Assembly: GCA_964603635.1 (NCBI GenBank)
Contig: CAZRVH010000001.1
Coordinates: forward strand, 51,386-115,385
DNA length: 64,000 nucleotides
Direction: 5' to 3'
Source: an uncultured Candidatus Peribacteria bacterium
GTDB taxonomy: Bacteria > Patescibacteriota > Gracilibacteria > Peribacterales > Peribacteraceae
Positions 43,380 through 52,910 of this stretch are shown here, piece after piece. Below the pieces are notes generated by a model. It saw only the letters and a program-made list of their open reading frames with translations, had not been told where the DNA came from and searched no databases. Numbering within the stretch: position 1 is the stretch's first letter; every line of letters begins with the position of its first letter. The position numbers and the translations under genes are program-made.

Positions 43380-44118
43380 GCCGTACCGCCGGCTGTACGC
43401 ATCGCTCGTGCGCTTGTATCCGAAGAAGTATCGGGAGAGATATGGTGAGGGGATGCTACAGACGTTCAATGATATGTGTAACGAGAGGATTAGGAGTAGG
43501 AGTAGGGAATCCGTTTTCCTCTTCATACTCTCCACCTTCGCCGAAACCTTCCTGCATCTTTTTCTCCAACATCTTTCCTCCCCCGTTATGTCCAAGACAT
43601 TCCTTCGCCCGTTGCTCATCACGCTTGGCATCCTCGTCCTTCCCGCCATCGGGGAACTCACCGTCGAAAGCTGGGATTGGGGACCGGCCGGTTTCCTCCT
43701 CATGGGAACGCTCCTCTTCGTCACCTTCCTGATGATCGAACTCCTCGCGAAGCAATCTTCGAATACACTCTACAAAATCGCCGTGGCGCTCACCACGCTC
43801 ACCACCTTCGGCATCATTTACGTGAACCTCGCAGTCGGCATCATCGGGGATGGCAACAATACGTCGGCGTGTTACTTCCTCGTCGTTCCCGTCGGATTCA
43901 TCGGGTTGGCAGTGTCCCGCCTGAAGCCGAAGGGACTCTCCATTACGGCGTTTTGCATGGCGGCTATAGTCCTGCTCGTTCCCACCATCGCCTTGCTCCT
44001 GAATGATCCGTACATCCTGGAAGCGCCGGGCCCGCTGAAGGTGTTCATCCTGAGCGCATGCATCGCCGCGTGCTATGTCGTGGCGGGAGTGCTGTTCAGG
44101 CAGGCTGCGCGGAAGTAA
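43369..44118 (+). CDS. PadR-associated membrane protein
   Basis: The start overlaps the padR end by 11 nt. N-terminal 'YRRLYASLVRLYPKKYRERYGEGMLQTFNDM' is typical of PadR-linked membrane partners. Several TM helices follow. Confidence 0.65.
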   Translation: MPSEPYRRLYASLVRLYPKKYRERYGEGMLQTFNDMCNERIRSRSRESVFLFILSTFAETFLHLFLQHLSSPVMSKTFLRPLLITLGILVLPAIGELTVESWDWGPAGFLLMGTLLFVTFLMIELLAKQSSNTLYKIAVALTTLTTFGIIYVNLAVGIIGDGNNTSACYFLVVPVGFIGLAVSRLKPKGLSITAFCMAAIVLLVPTIALLLNDPYILEAPGPLKVFILSACIAACYVVAGVLFRQAARK

Positions 44119-44121
44119 GGT

Positions 44122-44808
44122 ATGATCCTTCCTCCCATGATGATGCAATCCTCCGACGAAGGCTCGTTTGCCGCACGCGTCCGCTCCCTGGAGCAGGGAC
44201 TCTTTCCCGACGTTCTCGATCCGGAGGATAAAACGCGCATCACAAGCGAAACATATTCCTGGCTCTATCGGCCGAGCCACCATGTGAAAACGGGACTCGT
44301 GACGGAAGCCGACGTTGCATTGCTCTCGCAACCGGGAAAGCGCATCCTCAGCGTCGGCGCGCATCCCGCGTATTTGGAACGGGTGTTGGTGGAACTTGGC
44401 ATACCCGCGGACAACATCCTGATCGCGGACAAACATCCTGACATCACGGGTGCCGCCGATATTCCATCCGTGGAATTCGACATGTTGGAGGAATGGCCGG
44501 ACATCGGCATGTTCGATCTCATCGTGTTTCCGGAAAGCATCTGCATCGCGTTGACGGATAAGATCAGGCAGATGGGTCCCTTCGGCGGGGAAAAATACGA
44601 GACGGATACGGTGGAGGCGCAGCTGCTCGCGAATATTTTGTCCGAAGCGTTGCCGCACTTGCAGCCGGGCGGGGAGATCCGCGCGAACGGTCCGCAGAGC
44701 CATCCGAACGTCGTCAATACGGCGCGCAAGAATCTCCGGGAGGAGAAGGTGGCGCATGAATTGGACTACGAACGCTATTTCCTGAAGGTCCGCCACGCGG
44801 TACGCTGA
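44122..44808 (+). CDS. hypothetical protein (possible Rossmann-fold)
   Basis: 228-aa ORF. 'KRILSVGAHPAYLERVLVELG' and 'FDLIVFPES' loosely resemble a methyltransferase motif I and post-II, but this is not convincing. Confidence 0.5.
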   Translation: MILPPMMMQSSDEGSFAARVRSLEQGLFPDVLDPEDKTRITSETYSWLYRPSHHVKTGLVTEADVALLSQPGKRILSVGAHPAYLERVLVELGIPADNILIADKHPDITGAADIPSVEFDMLEEWPDIGMFDLIVFPESICIALTDKIRQMGPFGGEKYETDTVEAQLLANILSEALPHLQPGGEIRANGPQSHPNVVNTARKNLREEKVAHELDYERYFLKVRHAVR

Positions 44809-44814
44809 ACGTTC

Positions 44815-45642
44815 ATGCAGACATCCGTCTCCCGCTGGCTCGAAACATCCCTGAAGCCCGATCCGTCCTTCGGCCCCGCGCGCCGCTTCCTTCGGGAGCT
44901 GCTTGTGTTCGGCGCGAAAAACGCCCTCTCGTGCCTGTTCCCCGTCTACATCTTCGCGGTGCTGCTCTTCACGAAGCACGTCGGTATCGAGGGATTGCCC
45001 CGCTACGACTTCCTTCTTCTTCTCTGCCTGGGCATGCAGGCGTTCCTCTATTTCTCCGGCATGGAAACGAAAGACGAGCTGAAGGTGATCTGCCTGTTCC
45101 ATCTGCTGGGCGTCGTCATGGAAATCTACAAGGTGAACCACGGGCAGTGGAGTTACCCGACGTTCGCGTATTCCAAGGTGATGGGCGTGCCGCTGTTCAG
45201 CGGGTTCATGTACGCGTCGGTCGCGAGTTTCCTCACGCAGGGCTGGCGCTACTTCCGCATCGAGTTGCCGGGTTGGCCCTCGCGGACGCTCGCGGCGATC
45301 CTGGGCGCGGCGATTTATCTCAACTTTTTCACCAACGTGTACGTTCCGGATGTGCGATGGATCATCATCCCCGCGCTGTTCATCCTCTTTTGGAAGACAC
45401 GCGTGCGGTTCTTTACGACGACCTATCGGTCCATGCCCGTCACGCTCGCGTTCCTGCTGATCTGTTTCTTCGTGTGGATCGCCGAGAACATCGCCACGTG
45501 GCTGCGGGCATGGCAGTACGCGCACCAGGCCGATGCGTGGAAGACGGTGCACGTCGGCATCATCGGGTCGTGGTTTTTACTGGTGATCGTCAGCTTCATC
45601 CTCGTGGCGGAGCTCAAGCGGGTGAAGGAGCGGTCTGCCTGA
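44815..45642 (+). CDS. DUF817 family membrane protein
   Basis: 'FGAKNALSCLFPVYIF', 'LPRYDFLLLLCLGMQ' and 'EIYKVNHGQWSYP', with a polytopic layout. Confidence 0.65.
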   Translation: MQTSVSRWLETSLKPDPSFGPARRFLRELLVFGAKNALSCLFPVYIFAVLLFTKHVGIEGLPRYDFLLLLCLGMQAFLYFSGMETKDELKVICLFHLLGVVMEIYKVNHGQWSYPTFAYSKVMGVPLFSGFMYASVASFLTQGWRYFRIELPGWPSRTLAAILGAAIYLNFFTNVYVPDVRWIIIPALFILFWKTRVRFFTTTYRSMPVTLAFLLICFFVWIAENIATWLRAWQYAHQADAWKTVHVGIIGSWFLLVIVSFILVAELKRVKERSA

Positions 45643-45868
45643 GGGCGTTCGTTGCGGTTGATCGATTCACGGGAAAGAGGCGTCGAAACCACTTGCGTGC
45701 CGTGCTAGGCTGGATGCGGTTTTGCAGTTCGTTCCCTTGGCAAAAGGAGCCGACGATGCGCAGGGTCCGATTGTGGCTGAGCCGTCTTAAAGAACTGTTG
45801 GGGCGGAAATCCCGACCAGCCTTCTCCTGAAGGCTGCCAAGAAAACCCGTCGATCTTCGGATCGGCAG

Positions 45869-45902
45869 CCGGACCGGGTACGCCCTGGTCCGGCATTTTT
45901 TT
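45869..45902 (+). terminator. rho-independent terminator
   Basis: CCGGACC-11 nt-GGTCCGG followed by CATTTTTTTT. Confidence 0.6.
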
Positions 45903-45957
45903 CATAGGGCGCAGACGCTACAATCCCTTCATCCCTTCCCCCTACACCCCTATCCCT

Positions 45958-46773
45958 ATGATGAAGATGAAACACGCGTTGACGCTGGCCCCCCTGTGGC
46001 TCGTGTCCTTGTTCCTTCTATTCGCCTCTGGCTTGCCGAAGCTCGTGGTGCACAATGACATGATGGCCGGCTTGGCCGTCGCCATCTTCGGTTCCGTCAA
46101 CATCCTGTACGGCATCGGCGTCTTGGAAATCCTGATCGCCATCCTCCTTCTCATCCCGCGCACCCGCACGCTCGGATTCCTCATGTCCGTCGGCTTGCTC
46201 GGCGGAGCCGTGGCCACGGGCCTCACGACGAATGTCGAAGGGATGTTCTGGTGGTTCCCGCTCATCCTCCTCGCACTGCTCATGCTCACGGCGTACTTCG
46301 CGCTGCCGGAATTGCTGGATCGCGCGAAGGGCAACAAGGTACCGGACACCAAGTTGCTCGGCCTTCGCGTTTTCTCCTGGGTGCTGGTCGTCCTCTTGCT
46401 TGCCATGCACGCCATGGCGCTGATGGGAAAGATCAATCCGCCCGCCGAAGGCACGCCCGAACACGCGATGGCCGTCACGCTCGGCATCGCCGGCCTCGAG
46501 TTCCCCTTGCTGATCGTCGAAGCCCTCACGATCGTCCTGTTCCTCGTCCCGCGCACGTCCGCCATCGGGGCCGTGTTGATGATCGGATACATGGGCGGCG
46601 TCCTGGCGACGTTCCTCACGCATAATCTCAATCCTCCCGATGCAGCGGTGCAGACGGGACGCCTTGCCATCGCCATGCCGGGCTTCGTGATGCTCGCGGT
46701 CGTCGGCATCGTGACTTGGATCCGCAATCCGGAACTTGCGCGGCGCTTGATGAAGGGCAAATATCCGGCCTGA
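45958..46773 (+). CDS. tandem-duplicated DoxX-like membrane protein
   Basis: Two DoxX-like halves: 'GIGVLEILIAILLLIPRTRTLGFLMSVGLLGGAVATGL' and 'LIVEALTIVLFLVPRTSAIGAVLMIGYMGGVLATFL'. Confidence 0.7.
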   Translation: MMKMKHALTLAPLWLVSLFLLFASGLPKLVVHNDMMAGLAVAIFGSVNILYGIGVLEILIAILLLIPRTRTLGFLMSVGLLGGAVATGLTTNVEGMFWWFPLILLALLMLTAYFALPELLDRAKGNKVPDTKLLGLRVFSWVLVVLLLAMHAMALMGKINPPAEGTPEHAMAVTLGIAGLEFPLLIVEALTIVLFLVPRTSAIGAVLMIGYMGGVLATFLTHNLNPPDAAVQTGRLAIAMPGFVMLAVVGIVTWIRNPELARRLMKGKYPA

Positions 46774-46797
46774 GAACGATTCCTTTCGCATAAAAAA

Positions 46798-46828
46798 GGT
46801 CGCTGCCCGAAAGGGTGGCGATCTTTTG
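46798..46828 (+). terminator. rho-independent terminator after the DoxX-like gene
   Basis: GGTCGCTGCCC-GAAA-GGGTGGCGATC hairpin (GAAA tetraloop) followed by TTTT. Confidence 0.7.
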
Positions 46829-47069
46829 CAGATGGGGAAAAATCCGTACTAAAAATGTGTTCACTAAAGAATGTATGATGTACGTATGGATTATGTAGGG
46901 AAGTTTTTCCTCTGGCTTTGGAGTTTACTGGTGATTCTCTTCACGGGAGGAAAACATGGGCAATATCGTGAGGGCAAGCCTTGTCCTAAATGTCATGTGC
47001 GGAGAATCAAGCTGCACAAGAAATGCTGCGGACCGTGTTACGAAAAATATTTCTCATAAATCGCGTTGC

Positions 47070-47474
47070 TTAGAGGTTCATCCACGTAATGGTGATTTGC
47101 AGCGTCGTCGCGAAGCTGACCCACAGGAGGTAGGGGATCTGCGCGTAGGCGATCCATCGCGCGTGTTTCCAGATCGACTTCATGCCCCACACGATGGTCC
47201 CGAGCACGACGAGGATATCGAGGAGCGCGAGTGGATTGCTGCGGAGCCAGAATTGCAGCGGCGAGAAGGCCGCGTTGGCGACGAGGTTGATGATGAACGG
47301 AAGCGCGACGGCGAATCCGATCTTTTTCCGGAACGCCATGAGGAACACCGCTCCAAACGAAATGGCGATGATGACGTACAAGACGGACCACACCGGTCCG
47401 AAGAGCCAGGCGGGCGGCGCCCACTCGGGCTTCAGGAGTTGTCCGTACCAGTCGTAAGCTGCGTCTTCATTCAT
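47070..47474 (-). CDS. tspO: TspO/MBR (tryptophan-rich sensory protein) family
   Basis: 'LKPEWAPPAWLFGPVWSVLY', 'NAAFSPLQFWLR' and 'YLLWVSFATTL'. Confidence 0.85.
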   Translation of the reverse strand: MNEDAAYDWYGQLLKPEWAPPAWLFGPVWSVLYVIIAISFGAVFLMAFRKKIGFAVALPFIINLVANAAFSPLQFWLRSNPLALLDILVVLGTIVWGMKSIWKHARWIAYAQIPYLLWVSFATTLQITITWMNL

Positions 47475-47563
47475 GGGATGCAGTATACACTACTTCACTG
47501 ATCATATTTTGTGTTCATTTAAAACCGCTACGGTACCAAGAAAAATATGAACAGTATTTGTGT

Positions 47564-48328
47564 TCAGTTTAGAGGGAGCATAGGGATGAACACGCTCGTC
47601 TTTCTCTTATACTCCTCCCAGTCGGCCCGGCCCTCGTACTTCTTCTCCAGCATCGGCACGCCGGAAACGAACAGGATGAAGAGCGTGATCGTCACGGGTC
47701 CGATGATGGTCATCCATCCGCCGGGCAGCGTGACGGCCAGCAGGAAGATGCCCCACCACTGCGTCACTTCCCCGAAGTAGTTCGGGTGGCGCGTGTACTT
47801 CCACAGGCCCTCCTGCATGATCTTTCCCTTGTTCGCGGGATCTTTCAAAAAGGTTTTCAGCTGATGGTCGCCGACGGACTCGAAGACAAATCCGACCGTC
47901 CACACGAGCACGGCGATGATATCGACGAAGCCGAACCGATGCAGTCCGGACAGGCTGATGAACAGCGCCGGCAAGGCGATGACGAATAGCAGCACTCCCT
48001 GCAGCATGAAAACTTGGAAGTAGCTGCGCAGGGTAAAGTGCTTCCACGTCTTTCTCCACTCCGCGTATCTCCGGTCCTCCGGCTTGCCGATATTCCTGCG
48101 ACCGATGTGCCAGGCCAAGCGAATACCCCAAATCGTGATCAGCCCTGTGGCAAGCCGTGCGTTGAAGGAGTATCCGTACAGAAGCAGCGCCGTCCATGCC
48201 ATGAGCACGAAGCCGAGGCCCCACGCGATGTCCGCCACGTCGTTGCGCTTCAAGAGCACCGACACGACGAACCAGGCGTTCATGTAGACGAACAATACCG
48301 CGCCGAGAAACAGTAATTCCCGCGTCAT
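47564..48328 (-). CDS. DUF1295 (steroid 5-alpha-reductase-like) membrane protein
   Basis: '[10 protein letters not shown]', 'GDHQLKTF' and '[14 protein letters not shown]'. The start at 48328 overlaps the upstream stop (ATGA). Confidence 0.8.
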   Translation of the reverse strand: MTRELLFLGAVLFVYMNAWFVVSVLLKRNDVADIAWGLGFVLMAWTALLLYGYSFNARLATGLITIWGIRLAWHIGRRNIGKPEDRRYAEWRKTWKHFTLRSYFQVFMLQGVLLFVIALPALFISLSGLHRFGFVDIIAVLVWTVGFVFESVGDHQLKTFLKDPANKGKIMQEGLWKYTRHPNYFGEVTQWWGIFLLAVTLPGGWMTIIGPVTITLFILFVSGVPMLEKKYEGRADWEEYKRKTSVFIPMLPLN

Positions 48329-48720
48329 GCGATCTTCGCGGCGATGGCGTAGGTGATCACCGATACCGAGGCCGCGAGGAACGAACCCCACGCGAGGTCG
48401 ATCAGCGTGATGCCGAGAGGCCAGCCCTTGGCCACGGCGAGGTTCGTGAGGTCATACGTCGCATAGGTCACGAGGCCGAAGAACGCACCCGATGCCAGCG
48501 CCTGCAGCCAGGATTTCTTGTCCACGGCGGGCGCGATGACGAAGAAGACCAGGCCGGCGCAGAACAGCACGTAGAACACGAGCGCGGCGATCCAATTCAC
48601 GTCCGGCCTGAGGAGATGGCCGATCTGCTTGGCGTAGAGATCCTTGGCGATCAGTCCCAGCCACGTGAGATCGATGGCGAGGAAAACCGGAAGGGCGATG
48701 GCGAAGAGTTTGAAGAACAT
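48325..48720 (-). CDS. DUF2177 family membrane protein
   Basis: '[34 protein letters not shown]' and '[17 protein letters not shown]'. Confidence 0.65.
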   Translation of the reverse strand: MFFKLFAIALPVFLAIDLTWLGLIAKDLYAKQIGHLLRPDVNWIAALVFYVLFCAGLVFFVIAPAVDKKSWLQALASGAFFGLVTYATYDLTNLAVAKGWPLGITLIDLAWGSFLAASVSVITYAIAAKIA

Positions 48721-48946
48721 GCGTTCAGTATACACGGTCTCGTCCGATCGTGGCATATGCACGGGTGCAATCGCAGTGGTCTTGGCCTATCCATGGTCTC
48801 CTGTCGCCCGACGGGAGAGGATTTTTGCACGCGTTCCACTCCGCCGCGGAACCTGTTTTTCATTTTACCTCAGGGCTGATTCGCAATGGGGCGACTTTGC
48901 CCCCGCGGTACCCCGATGCGCAACGCGAGGGGGTGCATGATCATGA

Positions 48947-49591
48947 ATGCCAATGCCATACCTCATCCTCGCACGGCACGGCGAAACGGAGATCAACATC
49001 CGCAACCGCGTCGAACGCGTCTACTACGGCCGACAGGAATCCCCGCTCACGCAACTGGGTCGGGAACAGGCGGGCATGCTAGGCAGGGAGCTGGCGGCGC
49101 GCACGGATATCCGCTTGCGATTCGTCGCATCCTCCAATATCGGACGGGCCTTGGAGACGGCTCGTCTTTCGTTGCGCGAACTGTTGGATCCGCCCGAGAT
49201 CGTCCCCTGCGCCGATCTTACGGCACGGTCGCTGGGCATTTTCGAGGGTATGACACGCGACGAGGTGGAGCGCTCGCACCCGGCGTACATCCATGACCCG
49301 CGTCTCAACGGATTCGACAGCGACTTCTATAAGCGCGCGCCGGGAGGGGAGAACCTGTCAGACGTGACCCGACGGGCGTGGTCCGCCGTGGAGTGGGTAC
49401 GGGAACGCACCAATGGGGACATCCTGCTCGTGACGCACGCGACCGTCGTGCGGTGTCTGCTTGGTGCCATCCTCGGAATGCCGGCGGCGGACATCCCGAC
49501 GCTCAAAATACCAAACGCATCGCCGGTGTATCTGCGTCTGACAGGTGATGGGTACGAATCGCAGGATCTGCTTTCCCGTTTACACGCATGA
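48947..49591 (+). CDS. histidine phosphatase (phosphoglycerate mutase-like) family protein
   Basis: 'LILARHGETEIN' (RHG motif), 'ASSNIGRALETA' and 'LLVTHATVVRCL'. Confidence 0.85.
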   Translation: MPMPYLILARHGETEINIRNRVERVYYGRQESPLTQLGREQAGMLGRELAARTDIRLRFVASSNIGRALETARLSLRELLDPPEIVPCADLTARSLGIFEGMTRDEVERSHPAYIHDPRLNGFDSDFYKRAPGGENLSDVTRRAWSAVEWVRERTNGDILLVTHATVVRCLLGAILGMPAADIPTLKIPNASPVYLRLTGDGYESQDLLSRLHA

Positions 49592-50238
49592 ATCGCGTCA
49601 TCCTCCTCCGACACGGCGAATCCGAGTGGAATCTGCCTTGTTCGCCCGCGGAACGGAAGTTTACCGGTCGGTTCGACATTCCCCTGACGCAAAACGGACG
49701 CCTCCAAGCAGGCCTGGCAGCGGAAGAAATGAAGAGGTTGGAATGTTCTATTGATCACATAATGTGTTCAATCTTGGATCGTGCCCGCGAGACGTGCTCC
49801 CTGGTTGTCGCACGCATGGATCTCAATCTTCCCGTTCTGCATACGGATGCCTTGAGCGAGCGGTCGCTGGGTGTATTCGAAGGCCGATTCGTCGAAGACG
49901 TTTTTCATAAGTACCCCGAGTATCGCCCCATATCGTTCGCAAACGATTTTCTGCTCAAGGCTCCCGGCGGCGAAAGCCTGTCCGACGTGACGGACCGTGC
50001 GTGGCCTTTGTGGGAGCGGCTTGAGGAGATGCCTGGCCGGGACGCTCTCATCGTGTCCCACGCCGTCACCATCCGGTGCCTGCTTGGGAAAGCGCTCGGA
50101 TTGTCCAAAGAAGACACCAAGGCGATCCACGTCCCCAATGCGACGCCGGTGATCGTATCGGCTCGTCCTCCGCGGTCACTCTTGTACCCCGCTTTCATTC
50201 CGCACGCTTCCTTACCTCCTTCCACTTCCGTTCTATGA
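49588..50238 (+). CDS. histidine phosphatase family protein (second copy)
   Basis: 'VILLRHGESEWN', 'CSILDRARETC' and 'LIVSHAVTIRCL'. The start overlaps the upstream stop. Confidence 0.85.
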   Translation: MNRVILLRHGESEWNLPCSPAERKFTGRFDIPLTQNGRLQAGLAAEEMKRLECSIDHIMCSILDRARETCSLVVARMDLNLPVLHTDALSERSLGVFEGRFVEDVFHKYPEYRPISFANDFLLKAPGGESLSDVTDRAWPLWERLEEMPGRDALIVSHAVTIRCLLGKALGLSKEDTKAIHVPNATPVIVSARPPRSLLYPAFIPHASLPPSTSVL

Positions 50239-51068
50239 TGCGCATGCATGATATGCCACCGGTTACCGCCGTCCTGTTCGCGGGCGGCAAGGGCACGCGC
50301 CTGCACAGCGTCACCCAGGGCCGAGTGCCCAAGAGTTTCGTGCCGATTGACGAGGATTCCGGTCTTCGCGCGATCGATTACGCCTTCGACGCCCTGCGCA
50401 GGGGCGGCATCGAAAGGATCGTCATTGCCACCACCGCGCAGATGCGCGCAATGTTCGAGCCTTTTGAGAAGGATGATGTCTTCATCCACTGCGATCGTCC
50501 CGACGGGGCCGGTACCTACGACGCCCTGTTGGACGTGCGCAAAAAAGAGGGCGATCTTTCGCAGTATTTGCTGCTCGCGCAGGATAATCTTTTCCATGCC
50601 GATGATATAGCGGCGCTGCGTCGCAGGCATCAGGGCGGTACCGCGACGTGGGCCGTGGGCGGATTTGTTCCCGGGATGGATTCCTATGCCGGCATCTACG
50701 TGGACTCATTGTCGTCCGAGATCATCGGGGATACGAAGTCGGAGGTACCGCCGCCGTTCTCCGCCCTATCCGTTCGCGAATACGTCCGAAGCAATATCCT
50801 CATGATTGATCCGTCGCTTCTGGATAAGCCACGCGAAAGTTTCCAAGGCCGGTCTCACAAGCAGGGCGAAGTGGATGTGTATTGGGATTTCCTGCCCGAA
50901 CTCCTGAGGGACAGCCTCAATGGCATGCGCGAAGGAAGAGCCGCGCTCCTCCGGGCGTCGGTATGTTCGTTTCCCATCGTGGACTTCGGCCGTCCGGAGC
51001 GACTTGCAACCGCACGGGAAATCTATAAAACGACATATATGCCTCCCCCTACCCCCTCTTCCCTATGA
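50235..51068 (+). CDS. sugar-phosphate nucleotidyltransferase family protein
   Basis: 'AVLFAGGKGTRLHSVTQGRVPKSFVPI' (GGxGTRL motif). ATGA overlap with the upstream gene. Confidence 0.8.
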   Translation: MMRMHDMPPVTAVLFAGGKGTRLHSVTQGRVPKSFVPIDEDSGLRAIDYAFDALRRGGIERIVIATTAQMRAMFEPFEKDDVFIHCDRPDGAGTYDALLDVRKKEGDLSQYLLLAQDNLFHADDIAALRRRHQGGTATWAVGGFVPGMDSYAGIYVDSLSSEIIGDTKSEVPPPFSALSVREYVRSNILMIDPSLLDKPRESFQGRSHKQGEVDVYWDFLPELLRDSLNGMREGRAALLRASVCSFPIVDFGRPERLATAREIYKTTYMPPPTPSSL

Positions 51069-51610
51069 TGGATATTCTCTCGACGCGCACGGTGTATGAA
51101 GATCCCTGGATGAAGTTGACGATGGAAGCCGTGCGTACGGATACGGGAAAGGAGTTCGATTACCTTATCTCCCATCCGCGCGCATTCGTCGTGGTGGTTC
51201 CGTTCCTCTCCGCCGAGGAACTCCTGATGATCCGCCATTACAAGCATGGCATCCGCCGCGAACTCATCATGTTCCCGGCGGGATACATCGAGGATGGCGA
51301 AGAGCCCGCGGTTGCCGCGGCCCGGGAGTTGCAGGAGGAAACCGGTCGGACGGCGGCAGAGCTGAAACACGTCGCGACCTTGTCCCAGAATCCCTCGCGC
51401 AGCCGTTCGATGTTTCACATCTTTACGGCCCACGGGCTTTCCGAATCCAGCGGGGAAGACAATGCCGATACCCAGGAGGGGAATGTGCGTACGGAACCCG
51501 TGGAAATCCTCCGCCTCCTCGATCCTTCTTTCTGCAACGAAATCGCCGACGGCAATATGCTGGCCGCAGTGCCATTCATCCTCGCGGAACGCGAAGGTAC
51601 CTATGCCTGA
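51065..51610 (+). CDS. NUDIX hydrolase (ADP-ribose/NDP-sugar pyrophosphatase-like)
   Basis: NUDIX box 'GYIEDGEEPAVAAARELQEETG'. The N-terminal 'VYEDPWMKL' is typical of the ADPRase-like subgroup. Confidence 0.85.
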   Translation: MMDILSTRTVYEDPWMKLTMEAVRTDTGKEFDYLISHPRAFVVVVPFLSAEELLMIRHYKHGIRRELIMFPAGYIEDGEEPAVAAARELQEETGRTAAELKHVATLSQNPSRSRSMFHIFTAHGLSESSGEDNADTQEGNVRTEPVEILRLLDPSFCNEIADGNMLAAVPFILAEREGTYA

Positions 51611-51751
51611 CGCCTTGTTCCGTCCCCCGATGGAACCGTTTTTACCCCTTATTCAAGCCATCCGTTTCGTATCGATGGAGAAAGGTTCCAATCCACTCTT
51701 GGCAGTGATCCGAAAGCGAGCACAATGGTCGCGTCTTTCCCCCATGCCACC

Positions 51752-52216
51752 ATGCCCATGCATCTCCGTCCTATCCTCGTTGCCTGTCTCTTCCTCTCCG
51801 CCTGCGTATCCATGCAGGAGTGGGAGATTTTCTCCGATCGTGCCGTGAACATCACCTTCGCCTATGATCCCGCCTACGTCCGCGACGGCGAGGTGACGCA
51901 AGAAAGCATCTCGTTCAACGAACGGGAGATTCCCGTTTCCGCCATCGCGTTACGCAAGGGTGACGGCGAAATGTCCTTTATCAACATCATGCAGACGAAG
52001 GATCCGACCATCCTGGCCTATCTCCTTTCCGGAACGATGATGTCGGAAAGGGTGACGCTTATCGATACGGATACCCAGGTATTCCGCCAAGAGGGAATGG
52101 GTGATCCTATCCATTACCTATTCCAAAAGAACGATCTGTATATCGTCCTGAGCTTTGTCTTCCCGCCATCCCAGGCAGACAGGGACAGGGTATTGAACTC
52201 CGTGGTGCTGCGCTAA
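51752..52216 (+). CDS. putative lipoprotein (hypothetical)
   Basis: Lipobox-like 'LVACLFLSAC'. No family recognised. Confidence 0.5.
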   Translation: MPMHLRPILVACLFLSACVSMQEWEIFSDRAVNITFAYDPAYVRDGEVTQESISFNEREIPVSAIALRKGDGEMSFINIMQTKDPTILAYLLSGTMMSERVTLIDTDTQVFRQEGMGDPIHYLFQKNDLYIVLSFVFPPSQADRDRVLNSVVLR

Positions 52217-52250
52217 AAAAAGGGGCTCCTACCGTGATGGTAGGAGCCTC
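52214..52250 (-). terminator. rho-independent terminator between convergent genes
   Basis: 12-bp stem GGGGCTCCTACC / GGTAGGAGCCTC (52222-33 / 52239-50). On the minus strand it is followed by TTTTTTT. Confidence 0.7.
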
Positions 52251-52283
52251 CGATCATTGTCTTCTTCGCGAAGGAGGAAGTTT

Positions 52284-52910
52284 TTAACGTGCATACCACT
52301 TCCCGACCACTCCTGCCGGGTCGACGTACCCGTATTCCTGGGCCGACTTTGGGGTGTATCCCCAGTAGGGTCCGCCCTTGGTCGGATTGTGCAGGATGCC
52401 CTCGGTCTTCACCTCGAAGTGCAGGTGCGGGGTTTTGCCCCAGTAATGGGCATCTCCATAACCCGAGGAGCCCATGGTCCCGATTACCTGACCCTGCTTC
52501 ACGACGATGCCGCTTGCCTTCAGCTCGTTTGCGACGGCGTCCAGGTGGGCGTAGAGCGTGTAGTACGTCGCCGTCGCCCCGTTGGAGGATACGACGACGT
52601 TATGACGCAGGATGACGCAGTTCCCCATTCCATGGTCCTTCTGTCCGTTGATCGTCACGGAGTGGAGCGTTCCCACGCTGGCAGCCAGGATGTAGGTCGA
52701 CTGGTTGTTCGGACCATGGATATCCTGTCCGGTGTGGTATTTTCCCGGTACGGCGGCCTTGGTTGAGTTAAAGGGATAGGCGAGGTTTCCCCCATAGGCA
52801 GGAAAGATAAAGTATTTCGCCTGCTGGGCCCGCGCATCCGATGCGCAGAGCAGGGCGAGCAAGAGGGGGGCGAGCATGAGCAATCGTTTCGAAACAGGGA
52901 GGCATCGCAC
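52284..52910 (-). CDS. M23 family metallopeptidase (secreted)
   Basis: Signal peptide 'LLMLAPLLLALLCASDARA'. 'HTGQDI' (HxxxD) and 'HLHFEV' (HxH). Confidence 0.85.
   Translation of the reverse strand: MRCLPVSKRLLMLAPLLLALLCASDARAQQAKYFIFPAYGGNLAYPFNSTKAAVPGKYHTGQDIHGPNNQSTYILAASVGTLHSVTINGQKDHGMGNCVILRHNVVVSSNGATATYYTLYAHLDAVANELKASGIVVKQGQVIGTMGSSGYGDAHYWGKTPHLHFEVKTEGILHNPTKGGPYWGYTPKSAQEYGYVDPAGVVGKWYAR

Noticed and set aside
43456-45552. A 698-aa minus-strand ORF spanning the PadR-partner, hypothetical and DUF817 genes.
   Set aside because: It is a low-complexity R/E/D/H-rich translation that crosses three independently supported plus-strand genes, so I treat it as a shadow ORF.
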